Part shown: one piece after another, positions 1 through 9,507 of the stretch
Layout of the letters: every line of letters begins with the position of its first letter
Numbering within the stretch: the stretch's first letter is position 1
Assembly: GCA_030537135.1 (NCBI GenBank)
Contig: JAUNOP010000002.1
Span: forward strand, 10,507 to 74,506
DNA from: Eubacteriales bacterium
Lineage (GTDB): Bacteria > Bacillota > Clostridia > Lachnospirales > Lachnospiraceae
Direction of reading: 5' to 3'
DNA: 64,000 bases
Program-made: the position numbers and the translations under genes
The notes under the pieces: generated by a model
What the model was told of the DNA's origin: nothing
What the model saw: only the letters and a program-made list of their open reading frames with translations
Database searches by the model: none

Positions 1-312
1 TTTGAAAATGTGATTGTCAATCTGACAGGAGAGACAGCAGACATTGTTGTGCCTGATATGGAGCTTGAGAACGATGCTGTGCGCGCGCAGATAGAGGACA
101 TTGTGAAGAGGAAGACAGGAGCTTCTCCTGAACAGATCATTATTACACCGCTCAGCGCCGGCAGCGACGAGGCGTCTCTTGCAGGAGAGGAAGGTCAGGA
201 GCAGACGCAGGAGACTGCTCTTGAAGGAGAGGATGACATGCAGGAGACCTGGGCAGAGGATACAGTGGCAGATTACGACTACACAATGGAAGAGGCAGCA
301 GAGGATTACTGA
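1..312 (+). CDS. 3' end of a SpoIIIAH-like sporulation protein with a long acidic C-terminal tail (5' end outside window)
   Basis: Frame 1 is open from base 1 to the stop at 310-312. The segment IVNLTGETADIVVPDMELENDAVRAQIEDIVKRKTGASPEQIIITPL resembles the C-terminal domain of SpoIIIAH from memory. Its position ahead of the nusB...spoIVB block fits the end of a spoIIIA operon. Confidence 0.4.
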   Translation, partial: FENVIVNLTGETADIVVPDMELENDAVRAQIEDIVKRKTGASPEQIIITPLSAGSDEASLAGEEGQEQTQETALEGEDDMQETWAEDTVADYDYTMEEAAEDY

Positions 313-457
313 TTGAAAAACCCCTTGACACCTGTACCTTCCCTATACTAGAATAGAGAAGCATATTTTGGAAAAAGAACATTACTGCCTGTGAACGCTC
401 TGAGAGAGACACTTTTTTTCAGGAGTCAGGCAGAGAAATTTACAGGAGGCATATATC

Positions 458-2047
458 GTGTCAAAGTATACGAAAGAAATAGAGCAGAGAAGGACGTTTG
501 CCATTATTTCTCACCCGGACGCAGGAAAAACCACACTGACAGAGAAGTTTCTTCTCTATGGAGGAGCTATCAATCTGGCAGGCTCAGTCAAGGGAAAGGC
601 AACCGCCCGTCATGCAGTTTCCGACTGGATGGAGATTGAGAAGGAGAGAGGTATTTCTGTGACCTCCTCTGTGCTGCAGTTTCATTATGACGGATATTGC
701 ATTAACATATTGGATACTCCGGGTCACCAGGATTTTTCGGAGGATACCTATCGTACCCTGATGGCGGCTGATTCCGCTGTCATGGTTATTGACGGAAGCA
801 AGGGAGTAGAGGCGCAGACGCGCAAGCTGTTTAAGGTTTGTGTGATGCGCCATATTCCTATTTTCACGTTTATCAACAAAATGGACAGGGACGCCAACGA
901 CACATTTGATCTTCTCGATGAGATTGAGAAGGAGCTGGGCATTGCAACCTGTCCGATAAACTGGCCGATTGGCTCAGGAAAGAAATTCCGCGGCGTTTAT
1001 GACAGAAACACAAGAAGGGTTCTCACCTTCTCAGACACGCAGAAGGGAACAAAGGAAGGCCATTTTGAGGAACTCTCTCTGGAGGATGAGACTCTCGACA
1101 GCTGGGTGGACCCTGAGCAAAAGGAGCAGCTTCTGGAGGAAATCGAGCTTCTGGACGGAGCCAGCGCAGATTTTGACCAGGATCTGGTGAGCAAAGGAGA
1201 GCTCACGCCAGTGTTTTTTGGTTCAGCCCTCACAAACTTTGGCGTAGAGACCTTTTTAAAGCATTTCCTTAAGATGACGACCTCCCCTCTTCCTCGTCTC
1301 TCTGACCAGGGAGTGATTGATCCGATGGAGGATATGTTCTCTGCCTTTGTATTTAAAATTCAGGCAAACATGAACAAGGCACACAGAGACAGAATTGCCT
1401 TTATGCGTATCTGCTCTGGAAAATTTGACGCCTCAGAGGAAGTGTATCATGTGCAGGGCGGCAAGAAGATGCGTCTGCTTCAGCCTCAGCAGATGATGGC
1501 AGAGGCCCGTCATGTGGTGGATGAGGCCTATGCCGGCGATATTATCGGCGTGTTTGACCCTGGCATTTTCTCTATAGGCGATACGGTCTGCACACCTGGA
1601 AATAGGTTTGCATTTGAAGGAATTCCGACCTTTGCACCTGAGCATTTTGCCAGAGTGCGTCAGGTGGATACCATGAAGAGAAAGCAGTTTGTCAAGGGAA
1701 TCAACCAGATTGCCCAGGAGGGCGCTATCCAGATTTTCCAGGAATTCCACACTGGCATGGAGGAGATCATTGTAGGAGTTGTCGGTGTGCTTCAGTTCGA
1801 TGTACTCAAATATCGTCTGGTGAATGAATATAATGTGGAAATTAAGCTGGAGAATCTTCCTTATGAACATATCCGCTGGATTGTGAACAAGGATGAGGTA
1901 AAGCTCGATACCCTGTCAGGAACCTCGGATATGAAGAAAGTGACAGATCTTAAGGGAAATCCGCTGCTTTTGTTTGTCAACCCCTGGAGCGTGGGAATGA
2001 CGCTGGATCGAAATCCTGGTCTTGAGCTTGCAGAATTTGGCAAATAA
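458..2047 (+). CDS. prfC: peptide chain release factor 3 (GTPase)
   Basis: 529 aa. GTPase motifs AIISHPDAGKTTLTEK, DTPGHQDF and NKMD are present. GTG start lies 8 nt after AGGAGG. Confidence 0.93.
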   Translation: MSKYTKEIEQRRTFAIISHPDAGKTTLTEKFLLYGGAINLAGSVKGKATARHAVSDWMEIEKERGISVTSSVLQFHYDGYCINILDTPGHQDFSEDTYRTLMAADSAVMVIDGSKGVEAQTRKLFKVCVMRHIPIFTFINKMDRDANDTFDLLDEIEKELGIATCPINWPIGSGKKFRGVYDRNTRRVLTFSDTQKGTKEGHFEELSLEDETLDSWVDPEQKEQLLEEIELLDGASADFDQDLVSKGELTPVFFGSALTNFGVETFLKHFLKMTTSPLPRLSDQGVIDPMEDMFSAFVFKIQANMNKAHRDRIAFMRICSGKFDASEEVYHVQGGKKMRLLQPQQMMAEARHVVDEAYAGDIIGVFDPGIFSIGDTVCTPGNRFAFEGIPTFAPEHFARVRQVDTMKRKQFVKGINQIAQEGAIQIFQEFHTGMEEIIVGVVGVLQFDVLKYRLVNEYNVEIKLENLPYEHIRWIVNKDEVKLDTLSGTSDMKKVTDLKGNPLLLFVNPWSVGMTLDRNPGLELAEFGK

Positions 2048-2160
2048 ACTCTTTTAATTTTGTGGCTTTTTTGATATAATCAGAAAGAAAAGAGACAATA
2101 GTAATACGGAATTTTTGGTGTATACGAATATTTGCATGAATACCTTTAGGAGGGTTTATT

Positions 2161-2547
2161 ATGGCAGAGAACAGAACTATTTTGAAAATACAGGATATCG
2201 GCGGCATTGGCGAGGTAAAGGTTGCGGATGAGGTTGTGACCATTATTGCAGGTCTGGCAGCCACAGAGGTGGAGGGTGTTGCCTCCATGGCGGGAAATAT
2301 CACCAATGAGCTGGTGAGCAAGCTTGGAAAGAAGAACCTGGCCAGAGGTGTGCGCGTGACCATTCTGGAGGGAGTGGTGACTGTGGATTTGACGCTGAAC
2401 ATTGAATACGGCAAGAATATTCTGGAAACCAGCAAGAAGGTTCAGGACAAGGTGAAATCTTCCATAGAGAATATGACAGGCCTGGAGGTAGCGGATGTGA
2501 ATATCCATATAGCAGGCGTAGATATGGAGAATGAAAAAGGAAAGTAA
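2161..2547 (+). CDS. Asp23/Gls24-family alkaline shock protein
   Basis: 128 aa of typical size, with the pattern VADEVVTIIAGLAATEVEGVASM...TVDLTLNIEYGKNI. RBS AGGAGGG lies upstream. Same position as yqhY/asp23 before nusB in Bacillus. Confidence 0.8.
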   Translation: MAENRTILKIQDIGGIGEVKVADEVVTIIAGLAATEVEGVASMAGNITNELVSKLGKKNLARGVRVTILEGVVTVDLTLNIEYGKNILETSKKVQDKVKSSIENMTGLEVADVNIHIAGVDMENEKGK

Positions 2548-2654
2548 CCCTTTCCTTTTTTCTATATACAAATGGTATGATGAAATTTAGGAAAGGAAAA
2601 ACTATTATCAAACATATACGATATATTCGTCTGTGTTTTTAGTAGCAGGAAAAC

Positions 2655-3095
2655 ATGAGTAGAAGAGAGATACGGGAGCATATTTTCAGGCTCCTTTTCA
2701 TGGGACAGTTTCATTCAGAGGAAGAGATGACAGAGCAGCTCCCCCTTTACTTTGAAGAGCTGGATGAAGAGACATACAAGGAACCAACAGACAGGGAAGA
2801 GACTTATATGAAGGAAAAATATGCCCTTGTGGTGAATAAGCTCCCTGAAATAGACGAGCTTCTTAACGCCACCAGCAAGGGCTGGAAGACAAGCCGTATG
2901 AATCGCGTGGACTTAACTGTGCTTCGTCTGGCAGTGTATGAACTCAAATACGATGAGGAGGTTCCTACAGGCGTGGCGATTAATGAAGCCGTGGAGCTGG
3001 CAAAGAAATTCGGGGGAGAAACCTCCTCCTCCTTTGTCAACGGAATTTTGGGCAAAATCGCTAAGGGCGCAGACAGCAAAGAAGCATTGTCATGA
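2655..3095 (+). CDS. nusB: transcription antitermination factor NusB
   Basis: 146 aa. RREIREHIFRLLF...LRLAVYELKYDEEVPTGVAINEAVELAKKFG is a typical NusB core. Synteny with xseA fits. Confidence 0.9.
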   Translation: MSRREIREHIFRLLFMGQFHSEEEMTEQLPLYFEELDEETYKEPTDREETYMKEKYALVVNKLPEIDELLNATSKGWKTSRMNRVDLTVLRLAVYELKYDEEVPTGVAINEAVELAKKFGGETSSSFVNGILGKIAKGADSKEALS

Positions 3096-4321
3096 AGAGC
3101 GTGTATTCTGTAGGTCAGGTCAACCGATATGTGAAAAACATGTTTACCCAGGATTTTCTCCTTCAAAGGCTTTATGTGAAGGGAGAGGTTTCCAACTGCA
3201 AATACCACACCTCAGGCCATATCTATTTCTCCCTGAAGGATGAGAGCGGGGCTTTAAGCTGCGTGATGTTCGCAGGCTATGCCAGAGGCCTTGGATTTCG
3301 CATGAAAAACGGGGACAAGGTGGTTGCAGGCGGCTGTGTAGACGTGTATGAGCGAGACGGAAAATATCAGTTCTATGCAAAAGAAATTTCCAGGGAAGGA
3401 GCAGGAGAGCTGTATGAGAGATTTCTTCGGCTCAAGGAAGAGCTTGAGGATATGGGGATGTTTGCACCAGAGTATAAGCAGAAAATACCTCCCTTTATCA
3501 AAACTCTTGGCGTTGTAACCGCCCCCACAGGGGCTGCCATCCAGGATATCCGAAATATTACGCACAGAAGAAATCCTTATGTCCAGGTCATTCTCTGTCC
3601 TGCCCTTGTTCAGGGCGAGGGCGCCAGAGAGAGCATTGTCAGAGGAATTCAGATGCTTGACAGGGCAGATGTGGATGTGATAATCGTGGGACGCGGAGGA
3701 GGCTCCATGGAGGATTTATGGGCGTTTAATGAGGAAATGGTGGCAAGAGCTATCTTTGAATGCAGGACGCCGGTGATTTCAGCAGTCGGACACGAAACAG
3801 ATTTTACGATTGCAGACTTTGCGGCGGATTTGCGTGCGCCAACACCCTCGGCTGCAGCTGAGCTGGCTGTATATGATTACAGGGGCTTTGTGCAGAGCCT
3901 TCTTGAGTATGAGAAGAGAATGCGCCTGTCCATGCATAGGAGCCTGGAGAGTTCCAGGAGCAGGTGCGCGCAGTATGGCTCCAGGCTGTCTTATCTAAGT
4001 CCGGAGAGACAGATACGGGAAAAAAGACTGCTTCTTGCGTCCATACAGGAGCAGATGAAGCATTTGATGGACAGAAGGCTGGAGGAGACAAGGCACAAAA
4101 GAAATGTTTATATAGAACGTCTGGAGGGACTTTCTCCTCTCAAAAAGCTCAGACAGGGTTTTTCTTATGTGGAAAAAGAGAATGGTCAGGGAATTCACAG
4201 TATTTCACAGGTTGAGACGGGACAGACACTTCTGATTCAGGTGGAAGACGGAACCATTCGGACGCAGGTTCAGGGAGCAAAGTCCCTTCAGAGAGGAGGA
4301 AAAGCCCATGCACAAGGATAA
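3092..4321 (+). CDS. xseA: exodeoxyribonuclease VII large subunit
   Basis: 409 aa. N-terminal OB fold (VKGEVSNCKYHTSGHIYFSLKD) and catalytic region GRGGGSMEDLWAFNEE. ATGA overlap with nusB. Confidence 0.93.
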   Translation: MKSVYSVGQVNRYVKNMFTQDFLLQRLYVKGEVSNCKYHTSGHIYFSLKDESGALSCVMFAGYARGLGFRMKNGDKVVAGGCVDVYERDGKYQFYAKEISREGAGELYERFLRLKEELEDMGMFAPEYKQKIPPFIKTLGVVTAPTGAAIQDIRNITHRRNPYVQVILCPALVQGEGARESIVRGIQMLDRADVDVIIVGRGGGSMEDLWAFNEEMVARAIFECRTPVISAVGHETDFTIADFAADLRAPTPSAAAELAVYDYRGFVQSLLEYEKRMRLSMHRSLESSRSRCAQYGSRLSYLSPERQIREKRLLLASIQEQMKHLMDRRLEETRHKRNVYIERLEGLSPLKKLRQGFSYVEKENGQGIHSISQVETGQTLLIQVEDGTIRTQVQGAKSLQRGGKAHAQG

Positions 4322-4553
4322 GCAGGATATACAGGAGACGTCTGGCAATAACAACAGCTGGGACATAGAAACCATTTTTAAGAATCTGGATGAAACCGTG
4401 GCGCAGATGGAAAAGAGGGAGACCTCTCTTGAGGAATCCTTTCGGCTTTATCAGGAGGGCATTCGGCTTCTGAGAGAATGCAGCAGCAGAATTGATACTG
4501 TGGAAAAAAAGATGCTTCAGATGAACGGAGATGGTACTTTAAGTGAATTTTAA
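4308..4553 (+). CDS. xseB: exodeoxyribonuclease VII small subunit
   Basis: 81 aa. LEESFRLYQEGIRLLRECSSRIDTVEKK is a typical XseB helix pair. Overlaps the xseA stop. Confidence 0.85.
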   Translation: MHKDKQDIQETSGNNNSWDIETIFKNLDETVAQMEKRETSLEESFRLYQEGIRLLRECSSRIDTVEKKMLQMNGDGTLSEF

Positions 4554-5430
4554 AGAAGAACTGCAAAAGAAAACAGAAGAAGTACAGAAGACGATTCTGC
4601 GCTATCTTCCAAAGGAGGAGGGCTTTGCCAGCAATCTGGCTGCTGCCATGAACTACAGCATGAAGGCAGGGGGAAAACGACTTCGCCCCATTCTTATGAA
4701 GGAAACCTATGCCATGTTTGGCGGCACAGGAGAGGTGATAGAACCCTTTATGGTGGGAATGGAAATGATTCATACCCACTCTTTGATTCATGACGACCTT
4801 CCTGCTCTGGACAATGACGAGTACAGAAGGGGAAAAAAGACCACGCATGTGGTGTTTGGAGAGGCCATGGGGATTCTCAGCGGAGACGCTCTCTTAAATT
4901 ATGCCTATGAGGTGCTTTTTCATGCTTTTGATTTAAGCGCAGACAATGAGAGAGTGGTGCTTGCTCTTCAGATTCTTGCTGCCAAAACAGGAATCTACGG
5001 AATGCTTGGCGGGCAGAGCGTGGATGTGGAGAACGATGGAAAGCCACTGTCTTTGTCTATGCTGGAATATATTTACAAGAATAAGACTTCAGCTCTTATA
5101 GAGGCCTCTATGATGGTTGGAGCGATTCTGGCAGGGGCAGATGATGGCAGCATCCGCACAATGGAACAAATCGGCTATCTGGTAGGAATCGCTTTTCAGA
5201 TTCAGGACGATATTCTGGATGTAACCAGTACCAGCGAGGAGCTGGGAAAGCCGGTGGGAAGCGATGAGAAGAACCATAAAACCACTTACGTTACTCTTGT
5301 GGGACTGGATGCGGCTCTACAGGAGGTAGAACGGCTGTCCAGGGAGGCACTCTCTCTTCTGGATGGTCTGGAAGAAAAAAATCCATTCCTGTATCAGCTT
5401 GTGGAGGAGCTGGTACATCGAAGAAAGTAA
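4543..5430 (+). CDS. ispA: polyprenyl (farnesyl/geranylgeranyl) diphosphate synthase
   Basis: Both aspartate-rich motifs are present (HDDLPALDNDEYRRG and FQIQDDILD). GTG start overlaps the xseB stop. Confidence 0.9.
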   Translation: MNFKEELQKKTEEVQKTILRYLPKEEGFASNLAAAMNYSMKAGGKRLRPILMKETYAMFGGTGEVIEPFMVGMEMIHTHSLIHDDLPALDNDEYRRGKKTTHVVFGEAMGILSGDALLNYAYEVLFHAFDLSADNERVVLALQILAAKTGIYGMLGGQSVDVENDGKPLSLSMLEYIYKNKTSALIEASMMVGAILAGADDGSIRTMEQIGYLVGIAFQIQDDILDVTSTSEELGKPVGSDEKNHKTTYVTLVGLDAALQEVERLSREALSLLDGLEEKNPFLYQLVEELVHRRK

Positions 5431-5442
5431 GGGAAGAAACGA

Positions 5443-7314
5443 ATGATCCTTGAAAAAATCAACGCACCGAATGATATACACAAGATTCCAATTGCGGATT
5501 TTCCGGTGCTTGCACAGGAAATCCGTCAGTTTTTGATAGAGAGCGTCAGCAGAACAGGAGGGCATCTGGCCTCTAATCTGGGAGTTGTGGAGCTGACGAT
5601 AGCTCTTCATAATGTGCTGGATTTTCCTCAAGACAAATTAATCTGGGACGTAGGACATCAGGCATATACACATAAGATTCTTACAGGCAGAAAAGAGGGG
5701 TTTGAAAACCTCCGCATGGGAGGGGGCTTAAGCGGCTTTCCAAAAAGAGAGGAGAGCAGATGCGATTCCTTTGACACGGGACACAGCTCTACCTCTATTT
5801 CAGCAGGAGTCGGATATGTGAGAGCCAGAGAGCTTCTGGGAGAAAAGCATCATGTGGTCTCCGTTATCGGGGACGGCGCTCTGACAGGAGGCATGGCCTA
5901 TGAGGCTCTGAACAATGCAGCAGAGCTGAAATCTAATTTTATTATTGTGCTGAATGACAATGAAATGTCTATTTCGCGGAATGTGGGAGGAATGTCCGGG
6001 TATTTGAGCGGCATCCGCACAGCAAAGGCTTATACAGGAATGAAGCTGGGAGTGACAAAGACGCTCACAAAGATTCCGAGAATCGGCACAGACATTGTGG
6101 ACACTGTGCGCAAGACAAAGTCAAGCATTAAACAGCTTTTTATTCCTGGAATGCTGTTTGAGGATATGGGTCTGACCTATCTGGGACCTGCGGACGGCCA
6201 CAATATGCGCCAGATGATGAAGCTGTTCAATGAGGCAAAGCGTGTGGAGGGAGCAGTGGTCGTTCATGTGATTACGCAGAAAGGCAAGGGCTATATGCCT
6301 GCTGTGAAAAATCCTTCCCGTTTCCACGGGACAGGCCCCTTTGACATTCGCACAGGTCTTCCCCTGAGCAAGGCCAAGCCTTCCTGGACGGACGCCTTTT
6401 CTTGTGTAATGGAAGAACTGGGAAGTGAGGAAAAGCGCCTGGTTGCGGTTACAGCTGCCATGTCCGCTGGAACCGGGCTGGAGAGATTTTCAAAGAAATA
6501 TCCAGGGCGCTGTTTTGATGTGGGAATTGCAGAGGAGCATGCAGTGACCTGTGCGGCGGGAATGGCTCTGGGAGGCCTGATTCCTGTTGCAGCCATTTAT
6601 TCCTCTTTCCTTCAGCGGGCAGTAGATCAGCTTCTTCATGATGTGTGCATGCAAAACCTGCATGTGATTCTGGCAGTGGACAGGGCGGGCCTTGTTGGCT
6701 CAGACGGAGAAACCCATCAGGGCTGTTTTGACTTGTCCTTTTTGTCTATGATGCCGAACATGACAATCATGGCTCCAAAGAACGGACAGGAGCTTTTTGA
6801 CATGATGCGCTTTGCAGTGGGGAATATGAAGGGACCGGTGGCTGTCCGATATCCCAGGGGAGCAGCCTTTACAGGACTTGCCGCTTATCGCGCACCTCTG
6901 GAATACGGACGGAGCGAGGTTATTTACTCAGGCAGCAAAGTGGCGATTCTGGCAGTAGGAAGCATGGCGGAAACAGGGGAAAAGGTCTGTCAGGGGCTTA
7001 AGGAAAGAGAAATTGAGCCTGTTTTTGTGAACGTAAGGTTTGTAAAGCCTCTTGACACGCAGCTTTTTCTTGAGCTTTCAAAAGTATGCGACATTTTTGT
7101 GACTCTGGAGGAAAATACCATAAAGGGAGGCTTTGGGCAGCAGGTCGCTGCCTGGGCGCAGAAGGAGGCTCCCTCCCTCAGAGTCCTTATAAAGGGAATT
7201 CCCGACCGCTTTGTCCGTCAGGGAAGGGTGGAGGATTTGATGAAGGAGCTGAAGCTGGATGCACAGTCCATCCTCTCATCTGTTTTGGAAGAAATAGAGG
7301 ACAAAGCTCAATAG
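5443..7314 (+). CDS. dxs: 1-deoxy-D-xylulose-5-phosphate synthase
   Basis: 623 aa. GHSSTSISAG and the TPP-binding GDGALTGGMAYEALNNA are present. Synteny fits. Confidence 0.95.
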   Translation: MILEKINAPNDIHKIPIADFPVLAQEIRQFLIESVSRTGGHLASNLGVVELTIALHNVLDFPQDKLIWDVGHQAYTHKILTGRKEGFENLRMGGGLSGFPKREESRCDSFDTGHSSTSISAGVGYVRARELLGEKHHVVSVIGDGALTGGMAYEALNNAAELKSNFIIVLNDNEMSISRNVGGMSGYLSGIRTAKAYTGMKLGVTKTLTKIPRIGTDIVDTVRKTKSSIKQLFIPGMLFEDMGLTYLGPADGHNMRQMMKLFNEAKRVEGAVVVHVITQKGKGYMPAVKNPSRFHGTGPFDIRTGLPLSKAKPSWTDAFSCVMEELGSEEKRLVAVTAAMSAGTGLERFSKKYPGRCFDVGIAEEHAVTCAAGMALGGLIPVAAIYSSFLQRAVDQLLHDVCMQNLHVILAVDRAGLVGSDGETHQGCFDLSFLSMMPNMTIMAPKNGQELFDMMRFAVGNMKGPVAVRYPRGAAFTGLAAYRAPLEYGRSEVIYSGSKVAILAVGSMAETGEKVCQGLKEREIEPVFVNVRFVKPLDTQLFLELSKVCDIFVTLEENTIKGGFGQQVAAWAQKEAPSLRVLIKGIPDRFVRQGRVEDLMKELKLDAQSILSSVLEEIEDKAQ

Positions 7315-7341
7315 AGGCGAGAGTCTCAATCGGAGGAAAAG

Positions 7342-8154
7342 ATGAAAGAACGCTTGGATTTATTATTGGTACAGCGAAATCTGGCTCCATCCAGGGAAAA
7401 GGCTAAGGCAGTGATTATGGCGGGCCAGGTCTATGTGGACGGCCAGAAGGAGGAGAAGGCAGGAACCATGTTTCCTGAGACAGTCTCCATTGAAGTGAAA
7501 GGAAATACACTCCCCTATGTGAGCAGAGGAGGACTTAAGCTTGAAAAGGCAATGACGCATTTTGCGCTCTCTCTTCAGGGCAAAACCTGCATGGATGTGG
7601 GAGCTTCAACAGGAGGATTTACAGATTGTATGCTTCAGAATGGGGCGAACAAGGTTTATGCTGTTGACGTGGGCTATGGACAGCTTGACTGGAAGCTCAG
7701 AAATGATGCAAGAGTCATATGTATGGAGAAAACAAACATCCGGTATGTGCTTCCAGAGCATATAGAGGAGCTGTGCGACTTTGCTTCGATTGATGTGTCC
7801 TTCATTTCTTTGACAAAGGTTCTGCTCCCTGTGAGAAACCTTCTGACAGCTTCCGGTGAGATTGTCTGTCTGATTAAGCCTCAGTTTGAAGCTGGCAGAG
7901 AAAAGGTAGGAAAAAAGGGAGTTGTGCGCGATGGCGCCGTTCATCTGGAGGTCATAGAGAAGGTAATCGAATATGCCAGAAGTATTGCTCTTAATCCTCT
8001 TCACCTTGAATTCTCCCCTATCAAGGGACCAGAGGGAAATATTGAGTATCTTCTTCATCTTCAGAAAATGCCAGAGGAGAGTACCCCGGAGCCTTTGAAG
8101 GAGCTGATGCCTTGCAGGGTGGTGGAAGTTGCTCATGCAGTGCTGGATAAGTGA
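7342..8154 (+). CDS. tlyA: TlyA-family rRNA 2'-O-methyltransferase (S4 domain + FtsJ-like domain)
   Basis: 270 aa. S4-like N-terminus (RLDLLLVQRNLAPSREKAKAVI) and SAM motif DVGASTGGFTDC. Confidence 0.88.
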   Translation: MKERLDLLLVQRNLAPSREKAKAVIMAGQVYVDGQKEEKAGTMFPETVSIEVKGNTLPYVSRGGLKLEKAMTHFALSLQGKTCMDVGASTGGFTDCMLQNGANKVYAVDVGYGQLDWKLRNDARVICMEKTNIRYVLPEHIEELCDFASIDVSFISLTKVLLPVRNLLTASGEIVCLIKPQFEAGREKVGKKGVVRDGAVHLEVIEKVIEYARSIALNPLHLEFSPIKGPEGNIEYLLHLQKMPEESTPEPLKELMPCRVVEVAHAVLDK

Positions 8155-8165
8155 GAGTAAGGCAG

Positions 8166-9026
8166 ATGGAAAAGTTTTATATTATCACAAATACGATTAA
8201 GGATCCGGATTTGGAGGTTACAAGAAAAATCACGCAGTATCTGGAGATGCAGGGAAGGAAATGCCGGGTTCAGAAGGCTGACAGAAAATATGAAGGAGCC
8301 TATCATTATACAAATCCGGATATGGTTCCGGACGATACAGACTGTATTATTGTACTCGGAGGGGACGGAACTCTTCTCCAGGCAGCCAGAGATATGGTTC
8401 ATAAAAAAATTCCGCTCTTTGGTATTAATCTTGGAAACCTTGGATTTCTGGCAGAGGTGGACAGGTATTCTGTCCATTCTGCGCTTGAAAAGCTGATTCG
8501 CGGACAGTATGAGCTTGAGGAACGGATGATGCTCAAGGGAAGGATTTTCAGGCAGGGAGAGCTTGTGGGAGAGGATCTTGCCCTCAATGATATTGTTATC
8601 AGCAGGGAAGGGCCGGTGCGTGTAGTACGGTTTATCAATTATGTGAATCAGGATTACCTGAATTCCTATAATGCAGATGGAATCATTGTCTCCACACCCA
8701 CCGGCTCCACAGGCTACAGCCTTTCAGCAGGAGGCCCGATTGTCTCTCCGAATGCCTCCCTCACGATTATGACGCCCCTGGCTCCGCACACACTTAACAC
8801 CCGCAGCATTATCTTTCCGTCCACAGATGTGATTACAGTGGAAATCGGAGAGGGGAGAAGAAAGGATGTGGAACATGGAATCGCCAGCTTTGACGGGGAC
8901 ACGCAGTTTTCTATGATTACAGGAGACAGAATCGTGATTGAGAGAGCAGAGGACAGCACAAAAATTGTAAAGCTCAGCAACCGCAGCTTTGTGGAGGTTC
9001 TGAGACAGAAAATGAGCAACAATTAG
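8166..9026 (+). CDS. nadK: NAD kinase
   Basis: GGDGTLL and NLGNLGFL motifs are present. I place the start at the ATG at 8166 (MEKFYII) rather than the track start at 8151. Confidence 0.9.
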   Translation: MEKFYIITNTIKDPDLEVTRKITQYLEMQGRKCRVQKADRKYEGAYHYTNPDMVPDDTDCIIVLGGDGTLLQAARDMVHKKIPLFGINLGNLGFLAEVDRYSVHSALEKLIRGQYELEERMMLKGRIFRQGELVGEDLALNDIVISREGPVRVVRFINYVNQDYLNSYNADGIIVSTPTGSTGYSLSAGGPIVSPNASLTIMTPLAPHTLNTRSIIFPSTDVITVEIGEGRRKDVEHGIASFDGDTQFSMITGDRIVIERAEDSTKIVKLSNRSFVEVLRQKMSNN

Positions 9027-9038
9027 GAGGAAAAGCAG

Positions 9039-9497
9039 GTGAAATTAGAGCGTCATGCGAAAATTATTGAACTCATACATTCTTATGATATTGATACACA
9101 GGAGGAGCTTGCCTCCCGTTTGAATGAAGCCGGCTTTTCCGTGACACAGGCAACCGTATCCAGAGATATCCGGGAGCTGAAGCTGACCAAGGTGGCTGGA
9201 AGAGACGGACGCTCCAGGTATGAGGTGATCCATCCGGGACAGGAGGGGCTGAATGAGAAATACATTCGGATTCTTCAGAATGCTCTGGTCAGTATGGATC
9301 TGGCACAGAATATTCTGGTGGTGAAGACAGTTCCGGGTATGGCTCAGGGAGTGGGGGTTGCCCTGGACGCCATGAAATGGAAGGAAGTGGTGGGCTGCAT
9401 TGCAGGAGACGACACCATCATGTGCGCCATCAAGACCTCTGATCAGGCTCTTCTGGTCATGGAGCGGCTCAGAAAAATTCTGGAAAAGGGGAAATAG
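9039..9497 (+). CDS. argR: arginine repressor
   Basis: 152 aa. Winged-helix QATVSRDIRELKL and C-terminal GCIAGDDTIM. GTG start after AGGAGG. Confidence 0.9.
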   Translation: MKLERHAKIIELIHSYDIDTQEELASRLNEAGFSVTQATVSRDIRELKLTKVAGRDGRSRYEVIHPGQEGLNEKYIRILQNALVSMDLAQNILVVKTVPGMAQGVGVALDAMKWKEVVGCIAGDDTIMCAIKTSDQALLVMERLRKILEKGK

Positions 9498-9507
9498 GTG
9501 ATTACAT